The notes below the pieces were generated by a model, which saw only the letters and a program-made list of their open reading frames with translations, was not told where the DNA came from and did no database searches. Positions 32,434 through 38,024 of a DNA stretch of 38,024 bases are shown here, one piece after another (the stretch's first letter is position 1; every line of letters begins with the position of its first letter). A program made the position numbers and the translations under genes. The stretch is from Deltaproteobacteria bacterium. Its GTDB lineage: Bacteria; Desulfobacterota; Desulfobacteria; Desulfobacterales; SG8-13. The DNA lies in NCBI GenBank assembly GCA_024639205.1, contig JAHEIV010000001.1, positions 1 to 38,024 on the forward strand. Direction: 5' to 3'.

Positions 32434-32616
32434 ATGTTTGGAATAGGAATGCCGGAGCTGATCATTATCCTTGTTATCATCCTGATCATATTCGGTGCCG
32501 GCAAACTCCCGGAAATCGGGGCAGGTATGGGCAAAGCCATCAGAAACTTCCGCGGGGCCACCAAGGACGAAGAGTCCAAACCGCAAGAAAAGCTGGATGA
32601 TAACAAAGATTCCTGA
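32434..32616 (+). CDS. tatA: twin-arginine translocase subunit TatA/E
   Basis: 60 aa, with AGGAGG upstream. [40 protein letters not shown] is the canonical TatA TM helix plus amphipathic helix. Confidence 0.9.
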   Translation: MFGIGMPELIIILVIILIIFGAGKLPEIGAGMGKAIRNFRGATKDEESKPQEKLDDNKDS

Positions 32617-32657
32617 TCCGCCACTCCGACTGATCGACAGCTGATTCTCGCCGCATG

Positions 32658-32691
32658 GGCAGCTCATTACACCCGGGAGCTGCCGCTTTTC
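32658..32691 (+). terminator. Rho-independent terminator after tatA
   Basis: GGCAGCTC (32658-32665) pairs with GAGCTGCC (32677-32684) across an 11 nt loop, followed by GCTTTTCT. Confidence 0.65.
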
Positions 32692-32789
32692 TGATACCCC
32701 GGGGCAATGTCCCGCATATTTCAGCCGTACCATTCAACAACGTTGAAAAACCACCCTAACCATGCGGGTGACAACCGAGACCGTATCCC

Positions 32790-33212
32790 TCAGAAGGGAA
32801 TGTCGTCATCTTGCGAATCGGCATACGGTGGTTCAGACGGCGGCGGCCCGCCGGGTGCCTCCCGCGGACCGGATGATTCTCTGGAACCCAGAAATTGGAC
32901 GTCGGTGGCAACGACCTCCGTGGTGTAGCGTTTGTTGCCGTCGCGATCCTCCCAGTCCCTTGTCTGCAGCCGACCTTCAACGTAAACCTGACGGCCTTTT
33001 GACAGATATTCACCACAGATTTCACCCAGTTTTCTCCAAGCAACGATTCGATGCCACTCCGTTTTTTCTTTCCTTTCCCCGCTCCCCTTGTCGCTCCACT
33101 CGGTGGACGTTGCGATTGAGAAATTGGCAACCGCGGTGCCATCCGGTGTATAACGCACCTCAGGATCCCGGCCCAGTCTGCCGATCAGGATTACCTTGTT
33201 GATACCCGCCAT
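32790..33212 (-). CDS. ssb: single-stranded DNA-binding protein
   Basis: In frame with ORF 32790..33290. ATG at 33212 is preceded by [42 protein letters not shown] is the OB fold, followed by a Gly/Pro-rich linker and the acidic tail DDDIPF. Confidence 0.93.
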   Translation of the reverse strand: MAGINKVILIGRLGRDPEVRYTPDGTAVANFSIATSTEWSDKGSGERKEKTEWHRIVAWRKLGEICGEYLSKGRQVYVEGRLQTRDWEDRDGNKRYTTEVVATDVQFLGSRESSGPREAPGGPPPSEPPYADSQDDDIPF

Positions 33213-33510
33213 AAACACCTCCCTTGATCGATCCAGATGATCATTCAACCGACTTGTTGTGTTGTTACAGAATACGGCACTCAAAGTCAAATTGACTTGT
33301 TTACATCCGGTCGGCTACCTGCTACACAGTGCATCTGGATTTTCTAAGCGTCGCAAATCGACCTTCATCGACCCGCCCTTCGGTTGGCGCGGTCGCAGAT
33401 GACTGGTTGATAATCGCGCGGCCACCGAAAACGCAAACTACCGAACAGGACCGCTACCGGTGGGAGGCTCCGGCCACTATTGCGGAGGCTCCGATTGCGG
33501 CGAACGTAAA

Positions 33511-34455
33511 ATGAACACCCAGCCCCCCGGGTTCTCCGTGCGTCGGGGATACCTGTACACCATTCTGGCGGCGATCTGCTGGGCCATTTCCGGCTCGGCA
33601 GCCAAGTTTCTCTTTAACAGCGGCGTGACACCGTTTCAACTGTTTCAAATTCGGATTACCATCGCTGCTATGGTCTTGCTGGCCTGGCTCGCGCTCCGAC
33701 GCCCGGCTCTGCTGATAATCGATCGCAAAGACATCCCGTACTTTGCTATTCTCGGCAACCTCGGCGTGGGCGCCTGCCAGATTACGTATCTGTTCGCCAT
33801 CAGCCGTATCAACGTGGCGGCAGCGATTCTGCTGCAATACCTTGCCCCCTCGTTTATTGCCATCTATGCCGTCGTTTTTGCCCGTGACCGTCTCAAACCG
33901 TCAACGATCTCGGCATTGCTGGGAGCGACTCTCGGATGTTACCTGGTGGTCGGGGCGTACAACCTGCAGATCGTGAGGATGAACTGGGCCGGGATCGTCA
34001 GCGGTATCCTTTCGGCAGTAGCTTTTGCCTGGTATTCCATTCACGGCGAGTACGGCATGCGTCGATACAATCCGTGGACGGTGCTGTTTTATGCCCTTTT
34101 ATTTGCCGCCGTCGTGTGGAACATCATGCACTCGCCCCTTGAATCCTTTTTCCACCCTTTCACCCCACTGCAGTGGGGTTGGATCCTGTACATCGGCGTC
34201 ATGGGAACCCTGGTCCCTTTCGGTTTGTACCTGCAAGGGGTCAATCTGATCCGTTCCACCCGGGCCAGCATAACCGCAACCCTCGAACCGATTGCCGCCG
34301 GCGCACTGTCGTTTGTTTTTTTGAACGAACGTATGGATGCCCTGCAGATCACCGGGGGGGTGCTGGTGATCGCTTCCATCATCTTGCTGCAGCTGAAACA
34401 GGAGGCCGACGAAAAGACGCCGGCTCTGATGCGGGCCCGCAGGCAAAATCCATAA
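33511..34455 (+). CDS. EamA/DMT-family transporter
   Basis: In frame with ORF 33460..34455, with ATG at 33511. It has about 10 hydrophobic segments. The two EamA-like halves include AAICWAISGSAAKF and ATLEPIAAGALSFVFLNE. Confidence 0.85.
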   Translation: MNTQPPGFSVRRGYLYTILAAICWAISGSAAKFLFNSGVTPFQLFQIRITIAAMVLLAWLALRRPALLIIDRKDIPYFAILGNLGVGACQITYLFAISRINVAAAILLQYLAPSFIAIYAVVFARDRLKPSTISALLGATLGCYLVVGAYNLQIVRMNWAGIVSGILSAVAFAWYSIHGEYGMRRYNPWTVLFYALLFAAVVWNIMHSPLESFFHPFTPLQWGWILYIGVMGTLVPFGLYLQGVNLIRSTRASITATLEPIAAGALSFVFLNERMDALQITGGVLVIASIILLQLKQEADEKTPALMRARRQNP

Positions 34456-34519
34456 TCACCTGGGTGCCGTAACGAATTGGAAAGACAACATCGCCCGATC
34501 ACCGCACCGGGAGGGCCGT

Positions 34520-35740
34520 TTGTTAAGTGACCGTCCAGCTTTTGAAAAACGCATCAAGCGTCATGTCATCGGACGGTTCCGTGAATATTTCGCCGGAACC
34601 GCTCCCGGACTCGAATCTCTGTGCCTGCAGGAACTGCAAGCGTTGCCCCTGACGATACACAAGGCCCAGACTTGTCCCGGAGGTGTTCTTTTTCACGGGA
34701 GACTCATCGACTGCTACAGGGCTAACCTGTATCTGCGCACAGCCAACCGTGTACTGATGAGAATCGGCACGTTCAAGGCGGCCGGGTTTCACGAGCTGGA
34801 AAAAAAATGCTCCGAACTGCCCTGGGAATTGTTTCTGGAACCGTCACACGAGATTGCGTTTCGCATCCGCGCGAAAAAATCCAGGCTCTTTCACACCGCT
34901 GCGATCGCAGATCGGTTTCGCAGCAGCATTTCCAGCCGGATATCGTCACCGCAGCAGACGCTGCACGGTCGGAACGAACGGCAGCAGCCTCAAACCGTTT
35001 TTGTTCGTGTCGTTGACAACCGGTTCACTGTCTCACTGGACAGCAGTGGCGTCAACCTGCACAAACGGGGTATAAAAACCATAGGCTCGACGGCGCCCTT
35101 GCGGGAAACAACAGCAGCGGCGGTTTTGATGCTGGCCGGTTACAAACCGGCGAAGCCGCTGCTGGATCCAATGTGCGGCTCCGGCACGTTTTCTTTAGAG
35201 GCCGCTATGCTGGCAAGCAATATTCCTGCCGGATGGTTCCGCGATTTTGCATTCACCGGTTGGCCGGCACACCGCCAGGCCCGGAAACGGTGGGAGCACA
35301 TGAAGGCCGAAGGGGGCAAGCAAATCTCCTTTCCAAAACAGCCGCCGGTGCTGGCATCCGATATTGACCGTCGCGTCTGCAACGCTTTTAAAAAGGCCAT
35401 CTCCGGACATGAGCTTGGTGCTGCAATTGAAATCTTGCACCGCGATTTTTTTGACATACAGCCGCAAAATTTCACCCACCGCAGCGGGCTGGTAGTCATC
35501 AATCCGCCCTATGGCCGGCGGATCGAAACGCCGGGGGGGATCCGAACGCTGCTGCTGCGCATCGGCACCAAACTGCTTCGAGACTTTCCGGGCTGGAAGT
35601 TCGCCCTGATGGTGCCGGCAAAATCAATGCTCCAGCAAATTCCACTTTCCTTTCGTACGTTCCCGATCTTTCACGGCGGGCTGCAGGTGGTTGCGGCGAT
35701 CGGCACAGTGCCGCCGACGGCCGACCAAAGCCCGCCGTAA
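34520..35740 (+). CDS. THUMP-domain class I SAM-dependent RNA methyltransferase (RlmL/COG0116-like)
   Basis: 406 aa. The TTG start is preceded by GGAGGG with a 4 nt spacer. It has SAM motif I (LLDPMCGSGTFSLEA) and motif IV (VINPPYGRR). Confidence 0.85.
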   Translation: MLSDRPAFEKRIKRHVIGRFREYFAGTAPGLESLCLQELQALPLTIHKAQTCPGGVLFHGRLIDCYRANLYLRTANRVLMRIGTFKAAGFHELEKKCSELPWELFLEPSHEIAFRIRAKKSRLFHTAAIADRFRSSISSRISSPQQTLHGRNERQQPQTVFVRVVDNRFTVSLDSSGVNLHKRGIKTIGSTAPLRETTAAAVLMLAGYKPAKPLLDPMCGSGTFSLEAAMLASNIPAGWFRDFAFTGWPAHRQARKRWEHMKAEGGKQISFPKQPPVLASDIDRRVCNAFKKAISGHELGAAIEILHRDFFDIQPQNFTHRSGLVVINPPYGRRIETPGGIRTLLLRIGTKLLRDFPGWKFALMVPAKSMLQQIPLSFRTFPIFHGGLQVVAAIGTVPPTADQSPP

Positions 35741-35884
35741 ATTTCCGACCACTGCAATAGGCACCTTGGCCCCAAACCCCGCGGCCTATGCTCCCACGAC
35801 TTGACAGGCTTTAGAATGATTTACATCTTAGGCCGGCCTGTAGAGCAACAAATCCATGAATTCCGATTCTTGCGCAGAGACACG

Positions 35885-36901
35885 ATGATCGGCCCCATAA
35901 AGACAACCACGGCTATTGCTTTGACAACAAACTTCTTTCTGTTGCTGATGTTTGGTTCAGGATGCTCTCTCACCCGCGACAGTGAATTGGAAACCGTCCG
36001 GTCGCTGCCACCGGCGCCGTTCGGCCAAGCCGTTTTTCTCGGCCATCTGGAAAACCAAGATATCACCGAAGCCAGTGGGATCGTGGCATCCCGCCTGCAT
36101 GCCGGCATCCTGTGGGTCGCCAACGACGGTGGCGATGCGCCGGCACTACATGCCGTCGACATGCGCGGGGCTCACATCGGCCGCGTGAATATACGCAATG
36201 CGCAAAATGTTGACTGGGAAGACCTGGCCGCCTTCCGTGTCAACAACACCGCATTCTTGTTGATTGGTGATTTCGGAGATAACCATGCCCGGCGCAAGCA
36301 GAACGACCTGTACTTCGTACGCGAGCCCGACATCTCCGACCACCCGGGCCAATTCGACTTTTCGGTCGATTGGTACCGGCGTATCCGATTTGTCTTTGAA
36401 GACGGCCCCCGGGATTGCGAAGCAGTTGCGGTCGATCCGGATAGAAATCAAATACTGCTGCTGACAAAGCGCACCGCCCCGCCCGTGTTGTATGCCCTGC
36501 CGCTGAGAACGGAAAAGGAGGAGCCCCTGATGGTTGCCCGTCGTCTTGCGGTGGTTGACAACATGGTGCCGTCTGCGGCAGCATCCTTGTCCGGAGATGT
36601 CCGTTTTGGCAAGATCCGCTCTCAGCCGACATCGATGGATATTTCGCCAAACGGATCGGAAATTGCCATCTTGACCTACGGAGACGGATACCTGTACCGG
36701 CGTCCGGCGCATCTCGGTTGGCCGGCGGTATTTCGAAAGCCTCCCGAATTGATTGGGATGCCGGCGCTGCGCCAGGCCGAAGCGCTTTGCTTCACTGCGA
36801 ATGGACAATCGTTGATCGTCACATCGGAACAGCTGCCTGCACCGCTGTATCGATTGGACCGATATTTACCATTACAAGGAGGGCGTCACCGTGACACCTG
36901 A
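35885..36901 (+). CDS. secreted or lipid-anchored protein of unknown function (possible beta-propeller)
   Basis: In frame with ORF 35801..36901, with ATG at 35885. It has a signal peptide with a possible lipobox (LLLMFGSGC). Motifs EASGIV, WVANDGGD, DWEDLAAF and IGDFGDN recur in uncharacterised propeller-like proteins. Confidence 0.72.
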   Translation: MIGPIKTTTAIALTTNFFLLLMFGSGCSLTRDSELETVRSLPPAPFGQAVFLGHLENQDITEASGIVASRLHAGILWVANDGGDAPALHAVDMRGAHIGRVNIRNAQNVDWEDLAAFRVNNTAFLLIGDFGDNHARRKQNDLYFVREPDISDHPGQFDFSVDWYRRIRFVFEDGPRDCEAVAVDPDRNQILLLTKRTAPPVLYALPLRTEKEEPLMVARRLAVVDNMVPSAAASLSGDVRFGKIRSQPTSMDISPNGSEIAILTYGDGYLYRRPAHLGWPAVFRKPPELIGMPALRQAEALCFTANGQSLIVTSEQLPAPLYRLDRYLPLQGGRHRDT

Positions 36902-38024
36902 AATCGTTATGGTTCTGATCATTCTGGCAGTAGCGGTCATATTGCTAATCACTGCCTCGATTCCCATGGAGGTAACCGCTCTGTTGTCTCTGGGCGCGGT
37001 CGCCCTGATCGGACTGGTGAGCCCGTCGGAGGCGCTGGCCGGATTCAGCAGCCCCGCAGTCGTGACGGTGTGGGCCGTATTTATCGTCAGTGGCGGGCTC
37101 ACCCACACCGGTGTGGCAGACATTCTCGGCCGTCTGGTATTGCGGATGGCAGGCAACCGGGAGACCAGCATGATCCTGGTGATCATGGTCACCGCAGGAG
37201 TGATGTCCGCGGTCATGAACAACGTGGCCGTGGCCGCGCTGATGCTGCCGGTGGTAATGGACATCGCCCGCCAGACCGGAAGCCCGCCCTCGAGGCTGCT
37301 GATGCCGCTGGCTTACGGCTGTCTGCTCGGCGGATTGACCACCCAGATCGGCACCCCTCCCAACATTCTTGTCAGTGACTTTCTGCGCGAAGAAGGCTAC
37401 CAGACGTTTTCATTTTTTGATTTCACTCCGGTGGGAATGGCGGTCATGGCCAGCGGAATCATATGCATGCTTGTATTCGGACGGCACCTGCTGCCGAAGC
37501 GAACCGTCTCCGATGCCTCGTCACCGGCCGGAACGGATTGGAAGAGTCAATACGATCTGCAGGACCGGCTCTTTAGCATCCGAATCCCCGAAACGTCCGT
37601 GCTGGTGAAAAAGACTCTGGTAGAAAGCCGAATCGGATCGATTCTCGGTCTGAACGTTCTTGGAATCACCCGGTCCAACCAAACAATGCTCACACCAGGA
37701 CCGTCGGACATCCTGGAAGCCGGAGACGTGCTGACGGTTCAGGGCCGGATGGAAGAGTTGAAAGAAATCCGAAACTGGCGTCTCCTTGTCATCGAAGAGA
37801 ACGTCATAGACATCGCCACGGTCTATGCGGGTGATGTTGCCACTGCCGAAGTTCTCCTGCCATCCAGTTCCCGGCTAATCGGAAAAACCCTCAACTCGCT
37901 TGGATTTCGCCAGTTATATGGTGTGAACGTGCTGGCGATCAGACGAAGCGGCAGCATCAAACGGTCAAACCTGCAGGATGAACTTCTGGCAATCGGTGAC
38001 GTGCTGCTGGTGGCCGGCCCCCAG
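36891..38024 (+). CDS. SLC13/DASS-type permease with TrkA-C (RCK_C) domains, 5' part (continues past window end)
   Basis: Not in the ORF track because there is no stop in the window. GTG 36891 is preceded by AAGGAGGG. My translation is VTPEIVMVLIILAVAVILLI...MNNVAVAALMLPV...GTPPNILV. It is followed by two TrkA-C-like repeats (VLVKKTLVESRIGSILGLNVLGITR and LIGKTLNSLGFRQLYGVNVLAIRR). It overlaps the previous gene by 11 nt. Confidence 0.85.
   Translation, partial: MTPEIVMVLIILAVAVILLITASIPMEVTALLSLGAVALIGLVSPSEALAGFSSPAVVTVWAVFIVSGGLTHTGVADILGRLVLRMAGNRETSMILVIMVTAGVMSAVMNNVAVAALMLPVVMDIARQTGSPPSRLLMPLAYGCLLGGLTTQIGTPPNILVSDFLREEGYQTFSFFDFTPVGMAVMASGIICMLVFGRHLLPKRTVSDASSPAGTDWKSQYDLQDRLFSIRIPETSVLVKKTLVESRIGSILGLNVLGITRSNQTMLTPGPSDILEAGDVLTVQGRMEELKEIRNWRLLVIEENVIDIATVYAGDVATAEVLLPSSSRLIGKTLNSLGFRQLYGVNVLAIRRSGSIKRSNLQDELLAIGDVLLVAGPQ

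Noticed and set aside
33225-33510. ORF 33329..33514, a 15-bp palindrome AAGTCAA-A-TTGACTT near 33283-33297, and repeated GGAGGCTCCG / ATTGCGG strings near 33462-33500
   Set aside because: The ORF lacks an RBS and motifs. The palindrome does not match any LexA-box consensus I know, so an SOS link to ssb is unsupported. The short repeats are too small to separate from chance.
1-38024. Apparent abundance of TTG/GTG start codons (for example 12874, 13561, 15495, 34520, 2838, 6794, 32011, 36891)
   Set aside because: About 20 percent non-ATG starts is within the normal bacterial range. Most of these have good Shine-Dalgarno support, so this is not an anomaly.

Overview
This 38 kb window reads as a gene-dense chromosomal segment from an anaerobic, probably sulfate- or metal-respiring Desulfobacterota-like bacterium. 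That assignment is inferred from gene content: a multiheme cytochrome, an NfnAB-like pair, and Cys-rich PAS sensor kinases. I support about 40 protein-coding genes, one decayed gene remnant, a programmed +1 frameshift in prfB, and several candidate promoters, terminators and operators. I found no rRNA, tRNA, CRISPR array, transposase, integrase or obvious prophage or defence island. Recognisable content, in order: an SQR-like flavoprotein, DUF1641 and a response regulator; a response regulator and PAS histidine kinase followed by three small proteins and an Rrf2 regulator; a hybrid PAS-GAF-PAS kinase; a lipoprotein and a PfkB kinase; surE and a glycosyltransferase; lnt; prfB; an HD hydrolase; AlaX; an NfnAB-like pair; tatD; a cytochrome b - Rieske - octaheme cytochrome c/TPR operon; a MetE-like, MoxR ATPase and VWA trio; a Cys-rich protein with tatA; ssb; an EamA transporter; a THUMP methyltransferase; and a secreted protein with a partial SLC13/TrkA-C permease. 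The most system-like candidates are three. First, the atypical Rieske/cytochrome b module coupled to an octaheme-TPR cytochrome, with an adjacent MoxR/VWA pair. Second, a C-x10-C-x2-C motif that recurs in three PAS domains of two kinases. Third, the three small proteins lying between a two-component system and an Rrf2 regulator. All functional calls come from by-eye motif recognition. No database search was run, so novelty is not established.
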